A stretch of DNA of 64,000 nt from Hormiphora californensis (Eukaryota; Animalia; Ctenophora): contig CM035358.1 of NCBI GenBank assembly GCA_020137815.1, positions 3,720,001-3,784,000 of the forward strand, written 5' to 3'. Of this stretch, positions 23,165-38,573 are shown piece after piece. Position 1 is the stretch's first letter. Each line of letters starts with the position of its first letter. The notes below the pieces were generated by a model. It was not told the origin of the DNA, did not search any database, and saw only the letters and a program-made list of their open reading frames with translations. The position numbers were made by a program, and so were the translations under genes.

Positions 23165-24147
23165 TATATGTATAGTGCCCGGTCGTTTTTTTTCAATCCC
23201 ATTTAATAACGCATGCAACGACACCAAGTCATTTTTACACCATTTGCACTTTGTAGCTTGTGGTATATTAAAAAGGAGCTCTAACTCGTCTTAGCAGTCT
23301 ACACCATAGAAAAAGTCCTATCCATGTGTCATTCTTGTTTATTTGTTTAAGGAAAAATAGTCATTAATTAATCCCTCTTCTTGTCTGTTTCCGTCTCTTA
23401 TCTATATCCCTCGATGACTCCTACTTCAAATTGTTTTACTAATCTACCATCCCTACATTGGCTGTCCATAGGCTGCAAGATCAGGACTGAACTGTCCGAG
23501 CATTGGTCTGACATATCCTCATTTGCGAAAACCTAGTGGTCAGAGCATTGGCCTGACAGCATCTGAACAACTCATTCATACCCTCTGAACCGCATCTATA
23601 TTATCGTACAACGCGGGTATTGTGGTGAACAAATATCCGCTTCTTCAATCGGCTGACCTGTTTTTTTGCGGTTCATCTCATAAGTGCTTCATCCATGTCC
23701 CCTTTTCTCACAGATTAATTTCTACTACTACCAGGGTTCTTCCTTGCAATAATTGTTTCCCCTCTTGTCTTGTGCAGTTTGAGGATATTATGAAGTGCAT
23801 TTTATAGGACTCCCTAATTGTTAGGTGCTTTTGTCCAAAAATATTATACAAGTTATACAAGTTATTATTCCCTGCAACTAAGTTGTTTCCCAAAGTTATG
23901 CACATTACTAACTTCTGTTCCCCAATACTTATTCAGGCTCAAGTTAGCTCGGTGCAACCACAACCATGTCTACGAAAAGGGTGAGGTTGACGATCAGGGA
24001 AATATCAGCTTCCACGCGATCTGCTATCCAACATCACACCCAGCAGGTAATATATATAGCTGTTATCTGTATCTGTATCTCTCTGTATCTGTCTCTGTCT
24101 CTGTCTATGTCTCTGTCTCTGTCTATCTCTCTCTCTCTCTCTGTGTG

Positions 24148-24219
<72 letters not shown>

Positions 24220-26550
24220 TCCTCGCGATCAGATATCATTATTTTTTATTGTAACCCGTTATCAGTGTACTCTTGCTTGTTGAATACTCGCTCTCACCGA
24301 ATATTATGAAGATCCTTTGTTCTGCAAATAGACAAATCGAAAAATATTTTTGTTTGAGCGAGTGATATTGCAGTTTGAACCCTTCGAACCCCTTTTTAGG
24401 ATCGCTTCTTATAAATTCCGTTCAGAAAAATAGTTGCACGTGATCAGTTTCAATTTGACGGGGAACACCATTATTGTCTACATCTAGAATCTTCTCGGTT
24501 GCTTTCTCTCGTCACACAACAAGCTTCCTTGGTAGCGGGTAGTGCGGCATAAACTGTTATCTCTCTCGTGTCAAGTGTTGAACCCACATGCTTCCTTTAA
24601 TTGCATAACGTCCAAGATATTTAGCCCAAAATGTGACATGAGGGGAGAGTCATTAAACCAGTTGTGAAACTGCTCCAGAAAATATTCGTGCTAGACACTT
24701 TGTGAATATTGGTTTGCAGTTGGTACCGGGTTTAGGTGATCACCAATGTGAAGATTGGAACGGGATCAAAGAGAATCGAATTATTGTAAAGTTGATAATA
24801 ACTAACGATTAGAAAACGCGGCTAGAAATAAAGGCACCGGTAGCTGCTTTACCTAGATCTGCTTTACAAACCGTTATTCTGTCCTTGAGATTAGTCTTGA
24901 TAGTTCACGGCGTGCGGATCAGCGGGTCAGAAATTTGATAAAATTTGATCTGCTTAGGTATTTGTTTTTTATCGATAGTGGAATTAGTTGAGAAGGATTA
25001 TCAGGATGCCGCCGAACCCTCGCAGTCTCCTCACACGCCGGAAAGTTGCATCATTTCACTGTCGCATTCGGAGAACCAGCAGCAAAATGTTCAATAATGG
25101 GGTATAGTTGCTGAGCAGATTGTTACCATAGCATCGTGTTGCGTTAGTAACGGCATTTTTTAGAGCATGATTACGATATTTGCTATAGTTGCTGAATGCT
25201 ATAAGTTTAATAAATTGCCAAGTTTCTGATATATTATTTTTTGCTAATTTGCTGATTTGCTGGGTTGCATGGTGTTGCAGTTAATGTGGTATAATGAATG
25301 GTGCGCTGTATGACAATGGAACAATTGAGGATGTCATCCCAAACATACTGGATCCATCTGTCAGTCATTTCGTCGATGTAAGTGTCAGGAACAAGTAAAC
25401 AACCAATCAGAACTCGTTATTTAGGTCACATGACTGGTTATCAGCCAATCAGGGACCAGTATTCCCTGATTCGGTCGGTTCCTGGTCTTTTCTCTTCTTT
25501 TTGAAGAAGGTGAGACCTCAATTCACTCACCTGTACCCCCTTGGGGGCTAAACAGTAAACACTCACGATCTCCGTTAGTACCGTTAGTATCGTTGTGGGT
25601 GTATGCACTGATAGCTGGACCAGGAGTGTATTTAACCAAGCATTTCGCTGACATTGATTATTGTTATATTGAACCAGCTAGTAGCTTGTATATTAGTCGG
25701 TATACATTGGCAAATATTTCAATTTATCAACTCCTCAGGTGTTCCGACGTACTTCAAAGTCCGCTTCTGAGAGTGAAGGTTCACATTATATTACCAGTGA
25801 TGTCCTCCAGTTTTACGTGGTAAGATATAATGGGATAATTGGGATATACATTTGTGTTTCAACAATATAATGTGTGAATTTGGGACGGGCAATTACAATT
25901 ATTTTACAAAAGATGCGAAATTTAGACAAGGAAAATGGCTGTTATGTGTTTTTAGCCTAAATGGGAATACCAATAGTCGCGTCAACCCCCATATTATAAC
26001 TAATCGATCGGTATAACGAATGTTCTGGTACTTAACTTGTAAATATTAGGTCATCCAATATTGATCTGGACTGGGTTATTGTGAGAGAACGGTATCAGAT
26101 AGAGTCAAGTCTGGTAAATATTGTCCAAATATTAAATTGTTACAGACAAACCGTTCCTAATGACTGGTCAGGCTAAACACTTCGCGACCATCACTTCTAA
26201 ATGCCGAACGGTTTAATATTCCACATGTCGCGACCATGTCCACATATTATAGGATCATTAGGTTTGGTCTGGTTATATAAACATAACCGTAGTTGTTAAT
26301 AGTGTCCTAACTTTACTACTCTTTGGAGAATCCGGGGTCCGAAGTTTTATAACGTGGCAACCTGGAGATTGGGTGGAGTCCAAGTAAATTAGTGTGTGAT
26401 TAGTGAATAGTTACATTACCAAGTGGACAATTTGGAGTAGTGTGCAGAGTAAAATCATCTTTAATCGATGTAATAGGAAGTTAGTGTGAGATTGTACCTC
26501 GTTCAACCCCGTGCACTTCACTGACTGTATTACCATCTTTTCTCTCTCTC

Positions 26551-26701
<151 letters not shown>

Positions 26702-29513
26702 ATCTCTATCCCTATCTCTATCTCTATATCAATCTATCCCTCACTCTCGTTCACTCTCTCGTTCACTCTCTCTCTCACTCCCACTCTCACTCCTCTCTTT
26801 TTTCCTTCTCTCCCCTCATTTAGCTATAGACACCAAAGTTTCCATTATTTCTTACGTCAAAGCATCGTTTAATAGATTCTCTAGAATACACCTCCCATAC
26901 ACTTCACAGTTGCAGTTCCGGTTTTAACCCAGTCCGCCGTGATTTAGCCAAATCTCTCTCTGCATTATTAGTTTTAAATGTGTTGGGATTACGAACTGTG
27001 AGCTGTTTTATACAATACCATGGTTTTCCGAACACTTATTTCATGGTTTGTATTCACATATCAAAGCTCTGTAAGAATATACACATTCTTTCTCCCAATC
27101 CAAGCTCGTCTAGGACAGTTAAACAGGGCAATTTTATATGATCAAAAGGTAGCGTGACATAAATGCGAGATGCTGCCACCCTGCCTTAATTGCCCATTAG
27201 CTCGGCCATACTTTTAATTGGCCAATTAGTTAGTTCTAAGGAAATCTTTTAGGACGTTCATTTCAACTGTTCATTGTCACTCTCCAATAGAGCTCTCACC
27301 ATGGAGTGTCTGAATGACACTTCATTTCACTAGACCATGCTCCACACCATGATTGCAATGACCCACTTCAACTAGAATGAGCCCTCCTTTTTTCTTCGAA
27401 TCTTTGATCGTCCAGTGGCAGAGCTGACTGCACATATTGTGTTGATGATAGATTAATAGCCCTCAAATTGAGGCAATATTGGATTGCATTTTCAGGGAAT
27501 AATAGTCCAAATAATGAATGAGCTTCTTCAGCCTGTTTTCACCACTTTATTAATATTCACCGGTAATATACTCATGCACCTTTATAAACTTTCAGCCACT
27601 CCAATCTATATTATTAATATTGCTTGCAGTTTTAGCACACCCATCAATTTGTGCAACATATGTAAATACAGACCTTTACAATTTGTCAAACTAACCTGAA
27701 GTTCTCGTGAAGCAAAATAACAAGATGAGTGCCCCACCAAACATGGCCATGCTGACTATCCCCCTTCAGTTCTACATGAAAGCACTGGTAAGTGAGAGTT
27801 GGGATCACCCCCTTGTGTTGTGGGCTGTTAATACCTATTATATGGGATCCATCCCACCCACTTGTATTGTTCATATAAGACAATCACCCCCTTTCTAGTT
27901 TTAAGTGAGTATTTAGTGTCGACACCTCTCTTTTTTCCTGGATCGATCAGTTGTTATAGGTATCTGTCAAGTGTTAGTCGTTAGTAATCCCATGAAATGC
28001 CGATCTCCCGCATTGGGCTCCGTATTTAATAGGGACAATGACAAGCTGCTGCCGGCCACATCTCGTTTATTAAAACTGCTGCAGTCATCAACATTCTCGT
28101 CTCCACTCTCCATGTCTACTGACTAGCACTAGTTCTGGACATTCATGGTGTCAGTTTGTGATTGAGTGATTGGCCGTATAACCCCCACGAGGGTTATGGT
28201 CAGTCGAGGCCTCGATTATCCCATGGCCTACTTATGTTATATGATGTTCATTTTACCATTTATACTACAGCTAGGTTCTCAGTTCCTCAATCTCCGATCA
28301 GGGACCAGGAGGTCGGGCAAGACACACAGTGGTGGTGATAGCATTATTATGGTAGTACCTCAGCTGTCTGCGGTTTCAAATTGTTATTGTTTCAACAATG
28401 AGCTACGAATATTTAGTACCACGGCACTGATCAGTCATTGTAGTAGATATTAGTACAGGTTACAGTTACAGCGTCTCTAAAATGTCTCTACTCAGTCTGA
28501 CAAACAGTTTACTGATCAGATCTACTGAACTACTGGTTCAGTGATCCACCTAACCGATATCCTCTTCACTCTTGTTATTCCAAAAGTCGAAGCTTAAATT
28601 TTTATTAAAATATCTGTCGCTGAAAACAGCTGAATAGAAAAGAAGGACAGAACTTTAGTCATTCTGCACAGTCTGTGTGATGCTCCTTCCACACTAGGTC
28701 TGATATCTGATATCATTCTGCAATGATCACTCTTTTTAGTCTATCTTCTTCTTGATTTTCCACTTCTGCATTAATTGGGACTGATTTTGAGTTCAATTTG
28801 CGACTTTCGAAGGTTGGGGTTATCTGGTATGGGTTTATTTCCCCAGCATAAAAGGTTTCAAGTATCCCATCTTTCTTCTCGCTTGGCGAACATATCCAAG
28901 TTACAAGAGTTCCTGCTCAACTGTGATTCTGGCACCGTATTATTCAGCATTTGACCCGGCAGATCAGGCACCATTAAGAATCTTCCGGCAGCATCAATTG
29001 GTGTTCACAATTTATACAGCTCGAAATGGACATCGTGACGGTATGCCGATAATACTTTCATCGCTGGTAGGGGCTACTACAGCAAGGATGAGAGCTCAAA
29101 AATCAATACATGTACTTTTGATAAAGCTCTCTGTCAACCGGGAGAGGCACCAATGAATCTTCCAGCAAGGTGTTCACAATATTGAAATGGACATCGTGAC
29201 GGTATACCGATAATAATTTCATCGCTGGTATAGGGGCTACTACATACATGTACTTTTGATAAACACTCTGTGCTGGATCGTAATTTGGGACCTAAAGTGG
29301 AGCAATGATCCAATATCCCGAAGCGGTCTTTCTTTCGACATCCTGGCAGTCTTACTTTCTCACCCGGACCATCTTTTTATAAATGTGCGATCCGCCGACA
29401 CGTATAATACCCCAACAACATGTCTTATGACAGCACTCTTTATCTTTCAAGCTCTCTCAAGCTTTCTTAATTTGACTGGTTACAGACTAAGGTGATGCAT
29501 ACAGGTGATTATT

Positions 29514-29606
<93 letters not shown>

Positions 29607-29613
29607 TCTCTCT

Positions 29614-29677
<64 letters not shown>

Positions 29678-30515
29678 TTGTCTCTCACACCCTCTCTCTG
29701 TCTCCCAGTGCACTCAAACATCTTTTCACTAATTTCCCTTTGGATCGTGTCGTGTAATTTCTCTCCACCACAGCTCCATGTTATACAGCCACCTCCCCCT
29801 AATGGTTTTATATACCCTCGTTAAGTTTACCCATGCCGTTCATTCTAGTGACTCATTAGCAATCAATATATTCAGCCTATCCTCTCATATCTAGTATCCA
29901 CACGATAAAGCGGGATAATAAATGTTGATGATGATGATAACATATCAATCAATTCAACATATCCTCTCCTATGTTGTATTGGACCACGGTATATACCGCG
30001 TGTTTGACTAATGTTTACCACCACCCCCTATATTATAGATAATATAGATATGAGAGAACCTCACAGCTTCGAACAGTGGTATATGTTATCTGCTTGTACC
30101 TGTCGATACTATATACGTAGCATTATATGTGTCATTATTATAACCGTCTACATCACTTATAATACTAGAGTAATCTTATATTAGCGATATATTATTTAAT
30201 TGCAGCTATAACGGTGAATTCCTTGGAAGGGCAGGGAGTGATCCCTTGACACCATTATATCAGTAGTAGTGTTTAGTCGCTAAACTCTAGTTATAGCCAT
30301 CGTGGCAGTGCAATAGCAATATATCTACCACCACCTAGATATATATCCTATATCTAGTATACTATAGATCACACCCTGCAGTATATAGTCTATGTTGACA
30401 CAGTGCTGCTGCACAACAACAATCCTTGTGTAGCTATTGTTATACAGTACACACCGGAAGTAGTTCCTAATCTCACATCTCTTGAAAGCCCCTCAATTTG
30501 TCCAACCTGGCCCCC

Positions 30516-30785
30516 ATGTCGTCTATGGAGGAGGAACACCTCATCCCCATGGCAGACCTCGGATTTGATGACCAGTTAGACCCCCTTCTCCATCCCTCCC
30601 CCGAGGATCCCCTAATGGAAAAGCTCCAGATCAGAGCGAGGACCCCCTCAATCACTCTAACTGATGTCGAGGATGTCACTGAGGGGTTGTTGAGCGCATC
30701 CCGGGACGAGAGTGAGGAGGAGAGTGATGCTGATAGGCTGCTGAAGATACTGAGGAAGGATCAACAGAGATCAACACACAATGGT
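30516..30785 (+). CDS. Candidate 5' coding exon of the NOX5-like gene (MSSMEEEHLIPMADLG...QQRSTHNG); small exon 31652-31717 may follow
   Basis: Protein-like acidic ORF ending at GGT|GTAAGT. The phase link to downstream exons is unresolved. Confidence 0.5.
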
Positions 30786-33530
30786 GTAAGTGAGCGAATA
30801 ATTGGTGAAACAGATCAGAGATATACAGTAGTGTAATCTAATTACCATAGTTAGGCAAATTGTGTAAAAATATACTGGTTCAAGCATACAATGTCCAAAA
30901 TTCTGAAACATAATTTTGTCATCATATTGTATTCATGAAAGAACTTATATGCAAAATGCAATGAACATGGCCCATAATGATAATGTAGCAGCCCCCATTT
31001 TTAAGGGTGCATCATATCTGGAGCTCTCTATCAACAAGATCTCCACTATAGATCATCTATACTGCCATCATCATTACACACTTGATCATCACACCAAACA
31101 AGAGATCACTCAATTCGATCTAGTTCATATAGTGTTGTTGTCCTGTATGTGAGTTATGCAGTGCCAAGATATATCGTGTATGACGGCTAGTAGGAGAAGA
31201 TCTAGGTGGTGTGCGCCCTGGTACATTCTACATCTCATTGTAAATACAGCTTCGTACCCCGATTTAACGGGATACTGATTTAATGGGATACTGATTTAAC
31301 GGGACCCTGATTTAACGGGATCCTCCGGGGGGAAGTTCTAGTAAATCGGTGTCCGAAGAAGTTATAACATACTTGCACTTTGCACTTTAGTTTGATAAAA
31401 AGAAAGGGGTTGAAATTTTCAAAGCCATCATTTAACCCTTTTCAATTTGAAAAGGGTTAAATGATGGCTTTGAATATTTAACTTTGAGTTCTTGGAAATA
31501 CAAGTGTGACCATTCTGAGTATGTTAGGAGTCTCATGGTCATGGTCAAATATACAGACCAGTAGTATCTAATTCAAGCTCCATGGCATCTTGAAAATGAA
31601 TTAGTAATAATGTTGAGGGGTAGTATAGGTTTAGTTTATTATGTTTTCCAGTTGATGTTGATCTAACAAATGTCTTATATTTCAGAAGTTACAAGGAGTT
31701 AGCACGTAAAGCAGAAGGTAAGAGCGATGATTTTGTGCCCTTTTCCTTCTTTTTTATTCAATTTCACACATTCTACACATCACCTCAATACCTTATCATA
31801 GTTAACTAATATCTAAATCATGTTCTGCTAATTTCTAAATTAAAGCATTCTAATTGTTAAAGCATTCTTTCGTTTTTTTCCTACCCGGGTCAATAATTTA
31901 ACATCCTGCTTATTTCAAATAACTAAATCTACTTAATTGAACTTTTATAAAATTAATTATAGCTAGTTAAAATTACTGATTGTGTGTCAAGCTAAAGGTC
32001 AGTATACTGACCTAGCTTGACGCACAATCAGCTTGTTATGCATATTGTAACTATAATTACTAACATGCTATGTTTCGCACTTCCTTTCAACTGAATGAAA
32101 AGAAGATGCCCCCCCCCCTCTCTCCATTGATTTGACCAAATCAGGTGGTCAACCCTCGGGACCTTGCCATCTTGACTCAGTGTGACTATCTCGAATGTGT
32201 TCTTTTTTCATACGCATACAGCGTAATATTAACTATGCGAATCAGTAGCCCCCACGTACAAGCAATTGTATCTCGTTGAAATTTTAATTAATTAGTAGTT
32301 TTTTAATAAGTGTTTTGATCATGCTGTTTTAGAATTCGAATAATATCATCTCTAAAGAGTCAACTTGGATTGTCTGCAGTCCCCATCTCGGAGTCTATTT
32401 TAATTTGAACAATCCTCACATATATCCGCAGCAGCGAGGCATATTGTAGGTCTTCCCGGGTGCCTCCTGGGAAAGTTTCAGCCTTACTTTCCACTGCGAT
32501 CGAGCTGCGGAGGAGGACGAAACCACTCAAGATCCCATACGAGAGATATTATATCTAGTGCCTTCCTGTGCAGTACTTATCTGATATTATCAGCTATATC
32601 TTATAGAATCTTCTTGAACTGGAAAAGGGCTATCAATCAAGTGGGGCAACAATTGGTGCTCTTCTTCTCTGGAAGAGAGAGAGAGAGAGAGGGAAAGAGA
32701 GAGAGAGCTGTGTTTTTGTGCAGTGTTTTGTTCTCGAAGCCCCGCCTCTCTCACTTAAGTTCCAATTCATTTCCCACTCTCCCCAATCTTAGGTCTGGTG
32801 ATCACTGCACTGTATACAATTTTACTGATCACATCTCTATGGGTTGTGGAGATTGGGACTGGTCAGACCCGGTCTTGTGCGAGTATATTGAAATTCGCTC
32901 TTCTCTAGATCTGATCAACAACATGATGTTTGGAAGCGTTTTTAAGATGACTACTCTTACCTTTCTCTCCCCTCTCTCTCCCCTTGCCCTTCTTGTTAAT
33001 CCATTGTCTCCTGTTTCCTCCTCCTCTCCAGCATGTTATAGTGCTGATTTGATGGCCTCCTCTATGAGGGTATTCCTGGTGTCTGTCCTGAAGGAGAGAT
33101 TGAGAGATAGAGGAAGGGATAGAGAGATGGAGAGATAGAGGGAGAGGGACGGAGAGGGAGGGAGAGGGAGGAGAGTGAGAGATAGAGTGAAAAAGAGAGG
33201 GTAAGAAGGAGAGAGAGTGAGAGAGTGAGAGAGACTAGAGAGACTAGAGAGTCTCACATATTATGCGTATAATATGTGAGACGGTTGTATGTTTTACATG
33301 TCAGATCAATTGGTGGTCGAAAAAAGTGACAACCTGCTTTCGATCCTTACACCTCGTATATAGTTTTGCTTTGTCAAGCTGCTAATGGCATTAGCCTAAT
33401 GTGTATAGCTTGTTGACGTAGTTTCCCTAGCTAAGCCCGTGCAATCAGAACTTGAGTCCCCAGTGCCCAGTATGAACAATTCAAATCTGAACCACGTGTT
33501 ACTTAAACAGTTAGAACGTGTGCAGATCAG

Positions 33531-33714
33531 ATGTCAAGGTACCAGCAGCACTTCCAAACACTCCGAACACCCGCACGGAACGGCTCAGCAGTGTCACCAA
33601 CAGGGGGTGTTCACCGGACAGATGTGGGAAGGAGGAGGTTAGGTAACCGGCAGTGTCAGCTAATGTCAAGATTAGATAGCAGTGGAGTTCTGACGAAACA
33701 TAGGAGATATGGAG
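33531..33714 (+). CDS. Candidate alternative first exon of the NOX5-like gene (MSRYQQHFQTLRTP...RRYG)
   Basis: ATG-initiated, ends GGAG|GTAAGT in phase 1, matching the phase-1 acceptor at 41616. Confidence 0.45.
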
Positions 33715-34951
33715 GTAAGTTAAATTATCCCAGAGCTGTCGTTTAATAGCTGTGAATTAGAGACTCTGGAGTTGGTTAAATACAATTATCGGTTATTTAG
33801 CACAACACCACTTGTGAAAGTCGAAATTTTGTCTGCCATTGCAGCTGTTACACTAGTTGCTAGTTGCTAGTTTTTTTAACTTGCTTAGGCTTGCTACGCA
33901 GAGCAAGCCACCGCCCCTTCCCTGGTGTTGGTAACTTTAGTTTTGTTCCTACCAGTTTATAGTTTGCACTTTTTGTACAACTCCAGTACTATAATACTGC
34001 TCTCAAGTCTAAAGCTTGTTTTTCTTGTTTTGCTTGGTACAAAGTGTTCCATTATAGCCACACTAGGTGTTACCATTCATCATGCGGTGTGAAGATATTC
34101 CAGAACAAGCCTACATATAGCGTGTGCCTCCTCCCGTTGACAGATATTTCCCCCTTTACATTAGTTTTTATGAGTCATGTTGTTGCAAATTTGGCCTTTA
34201 CGGATCTAGATCCAAGTATAACACCGCCTTTTTATGTTCATGTTTGTCAGTCTTTTACCACCCATTCGAAGGCCGTTCACACTTCCGATCACCTACCCTA
34301 GTACCCTAGTGTCGACTAAATTTTTAAATCCTGATATAATAGGTATCTTCTTGGCTCCAGCCAGGCACTAACAAGACAGTGTCACTGACTGTGTCAGACG
34401 GCTTAAGCGTGTGCCATCGCGTTGACAGATACGTTCCCTTTTTATGTTATTGTTTGCAGCGTAAATTGGGCCTTTATAGAGTCTTTTATCATGCTGGTAT
34501 GTTATAGTATTGAACATATAATGCCCATATTAATTTGATGTTTACTATTCAACAAAATCTTCAGATCATAATAAGAGAGATATTTATTATAGGATTGATC
34601 GAGCTGATGTTAGTGGCCCAAAGCCCCAGTTAAAGTAGCCAGTAGGTGATATTGATAGGCACTAAAATAGCGAGAGAGGGGGGAGATACATGGTCTATCA
34701 CATCAACGAATTGGCAAATTTCCAAGTTTGGAGTTCACCAGGAAAACCAAACAATTACAAAATCAGTTTACCATAATATAATAATTCCCATTTCATGATG
34801 TAACGTTATATGTAACTGTAACAACAAACCGCACTGTAACTGTACTAACCGTGACAACTGCTGCAAACATTAGAAGTGGTTTGTATTTCTGAGAAAATAT
34901 CCACTGCACTTTTATTAGAGTTGCGGGAGGCGGCGTACTAGTGTTTAGGTG

Positions 34952-36211
34952 ATTCACCCCCTGGTGACCTACAAGCCTGTTGACCTACTCTCTGATTGGC
35001 CTAATCAGAGACCAGGAGTATGCGATCGGGCGAGTAGGTCATAAGGCCATACAGGTACTCGTTACCTACTGCTGAACTTCATCATAGTTTTGAATGGCAG
35101 AAACTAAAACATGCATGTCCAGGCACGGTTTCCGTTGTTCTGGTGCCGGTTGTGGGAGTAGATGTAGTCGTTGAAGATGACCTGGTCGCCACCGTTGCGT
35201 CCCTTTGTAAACTTAACAGTTTTACAAGCAGGGGATTGGGAGGGAGGAGATGGAGGAGGAGGAGGGGTTGATGAAGGAGAAGTAGGAGATGAAGGAGGAG
35301 GAGGAGGTGGAGGAGAAGTAGGAGATGAAGGAGGAGGAGGGGATGATGGAGTAGGAAGGGGCGATGGAGGTGCTATGGCCAGGAAAGAGTCCTCAGCGTT
35401 GTTGTAGGTATCCATTGCACAACGAAGTGCATTTGGTAAAGGAGATGATGTAGACATAATGATTGATTGATGACGAACGTATGACGTATAGGTTTATATA
35501 CTATTCACTCTACTCTTGCTCTTAATGAATGCATTCCTATCATTTTGTTGTTTAGTGTACTACTCTTGCTCTTAGTGAATGTATTCCTATCATTTTCTTG
35601 TTTAGTGTGTACTAGCGCACCCATTGGGTGCGCCTCAAGTAAGGCCTTTAACCCACCCGGCTTCGCCGGTTGGTTCTTTTCGCCCTTTCAACGTCAATAA
35701 CACGGTTGTCATGGCAACTGAATTGGTAACTATATGGACTGGCATGTTAAAATTCATTCGAAAATATCAACAAATTTCCACTGGAAGTTCCAAAAGTGTG
35801 AGCAACAGCTTTACAGCTTTGGGCACATGAAGTATTTTATGAAGGAGCAGCCTGTCGCTTAGATACCGCTGAACGAACGACTTCGACTTCGACGTTCATC
35901 TCCAAATTATAATATAGATTGACAGGGTACGATGTACTGTCCAATCAGAGCGATTGATTAACTGATTGGGTCATCCGAATCGATATGAAAATACGCTTAG
36001 CTCTAGCTTCTATGGGTCATTGTCAATGAAACGGGGTCAGATTTCTGATTGGAGAAAAACACTATGATCAGTGTGATTGGTATGCCACACCTTGGAGTAG
36101 GTCACCAGGCTGGTAGGTAATTGCGACTTTTGGTCGCCGTGACCTACTGGTCCCCTAATTAGGGTTTACAGGAGTAGGTCACCAGGCTAGTAGGTCACCA
36201 GGGGAGGCACC
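34952..36211 (-). mobile_element. Non-autonomous Mutator-like element (MULE) carrying a FLYWCH-type zinc-finger fragment (ORF 35104-35457)
   Basis: 9-bp direct repeat gtttaggtg at 34943-34951 and 36212-36220. Inverted termini cccctggtgacctac..gcctg.tgacctactc. VKFTKGRNGGDQVIFNDYIYS...AWTC resembles FLYWCH. Confidence 0.75.
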
Positions 36212-36596
36212 GTTTAGGTGGGGCTGACATAATGCCATTAGAATAGAACTTCTGCTCATATATAATACTAGCTTCGCTGCAGCAGCTTTTTTAATAGCTT
36301 GAACACCCCTTGGACTCTTGATTTCACTGATTAAACTCTGTTGTAAGATGACGTCTTAAGGAGCCATCTACCACAATGCAGACCCCCTATCGTCTTTATG
36401 ATCACTTCATGATTCCCTCCCCGGCTGCTCCCCCTCAAAATAATCGAGGGAGCATTATTTGATAGCCTACTGCCTACAACTCTATGCAGTAAAATCTTCC
36501 ATCGTTACTGGTTTATCAAAATAGCAATTGCTTGTTAACTAAATATTACTTTAGGGGAGGTGTACCATGCTAGATCGAGAGTATATGAAGCAAAGT

Positions 36597-36635
<39 letters not shown>

Positions 36636-38425
36636 AACTAGGAGACTGTCAATACAAATAGATATAGATTAGTATATTGAAGGGATATGTTGATACATAT
36701 CTCTTCATTCTTCAGACATTAAGTTGTCGCTGCAATATAATTTGATACGCCTTGTACAGAGCTACAATATGGTATGGCGTGTATGATGTGACTCCAGCTG
36801 TATTCACTTTAATTGGCCTTGCAATACGGACCATGTACTGCAATAGCTCGAGTCTTTTTTACAGTTGATTTAGTGGGTGAACTTTTGCTGCCACACACAC
36901 TCACATTATTCTTGGGAAACGAAATATTTGAATGAACATTTCAAGTGAACTTGAATTGGTGTGCTGAACCGCGTTCTTTTTCCATTCAAAGTGGCTTGAA
37001 ATAGCACGCTTCCCGCTGCATATCGTATAATACCGGTTTCAAGTATAGGGCCGTGGGAACCACAATACCACATGTGGGGAAATTGACAGAAACGATGCCC
37101 TGTCCAGTAGGCAAAACCGTTTTTACTGCCCATCCGTTAGCGTTTTTTTGTGTCTTTGACATGTTTCTAAAAGACTAATTTCCCGCATACGTTTTGCCAT
37201 AAAGGTATGAGGTAGGTCAGAGCGACTTCCTAATTATGTCTTTAATTTTCAACCATTGTCTGCTAAATCTTGCTATGATATCTACTCGACAACTTGGCCG
37301 ACATTGTGACATCTTGAACGCTATTGGCCGACACCGTGGCATACCAAACGCTATTGGCCGACACTGTATCAAATATTTGAGCAATATTGTTGCATTAGTG
37401 AGTCTGGATATAAGTGTCTATTGTTCCGACAGGCAGGACAGGGAGCACAGCTATGATACAGTCGGGTAAACTCAATTTACATAATCCACGTGTCGTCGTC
37501 AGTATTGTTCAGAAATCTTCCTTTAATTACTGATGGATCTTGTCCACACATTCTCTCATGAAGGCCGGGATCCAATGAATAAAATGACATACCCAGAGTC
37601 TGTGCTACTAAGTGCCCTTCCTTTCCATACATTAAACTGGGGCGATAACGAGAAAGAGGACAAACAAGCAGGTAATTAGTCAATTAATTAATGCACTAAT
37701 TAGTCAATTGGCACGGGTTTCACGCCTGACTAAGCACCATTATAGCACTTTGGGACGGGATATATAGTATAGTAAGAGTAATACTTGTCTTTGTAAATCC
37801 TTGTCAAAACTCCAAGTTCAATTGTACTGATTTCTAACTCCTCGCATTGTTTTTTCGTGGAACCCATTAAATTGACTTCAGAATTACTCACAGTACCCTT
37901 AATTATCACGTGCTGTTAATTATCACGTGATGTTATTGAGAAAGGGCGTATGTTAGCCGGTGATGATAGTTCTGTCTACTACAGCGGCTACTATATATGT
38001 CTTGTGTTGGTCCAACAACTTACTTCATGCCCACTTTATACCAACAAATCCTAACGCTATAATATCTTGCTTTCGATTAAAATTATCTTAACGAGGGGAC
38101 TACTGCTGTTTCACGATTCAAGATCGTTAGTCCACCTTGCTGCTGTTTAGTACAGATCTAAGTATGAATGGTAGTTTGAACAAGCTTAAACGATGCGTCT
38201 ATTCGCGACCGAGAGACAGCTAGCAGGGAGTGTCGACAAGCTAATAAACGCCTTATTTGGTCGCAGCACATACGTAGCTTGTACGAAGCAATTAATGGAT
38301 AAGAAAAATTTTCACTCAAATTTAATCGTTTCCTTATTTTACTGGCTTCCCCAGCACAGCAGTGCATCAATACATCTCGATTACTTGCCCATACTTTGTC
38401 AACCCTCCTCATTACAAACGTGGAG

Positions 38426-38573
38426 ATGAGTCTCAAGATCCTCCTGCTAAAACTACTGAACAACAGAGCGGTCACCAAATACGCTCTTCAAGAGAAAACT
38501 GCAGCGGAGTTTGAAATTCCGTGTGGTGTTAATCTTAACCGACACCGTCCATCCGTGTGGAGCATTGAAGGAG
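38426..38573 (+). CDS. Candidate alternative first exon of the NOX5-like gene (MSLKILLLKLLNNRAVTK...WSIEG)
   Basis: ATG-initiated, ends GGAG|GTAAGT in phase 1, compatible with 41616. Confidence 0.45.
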
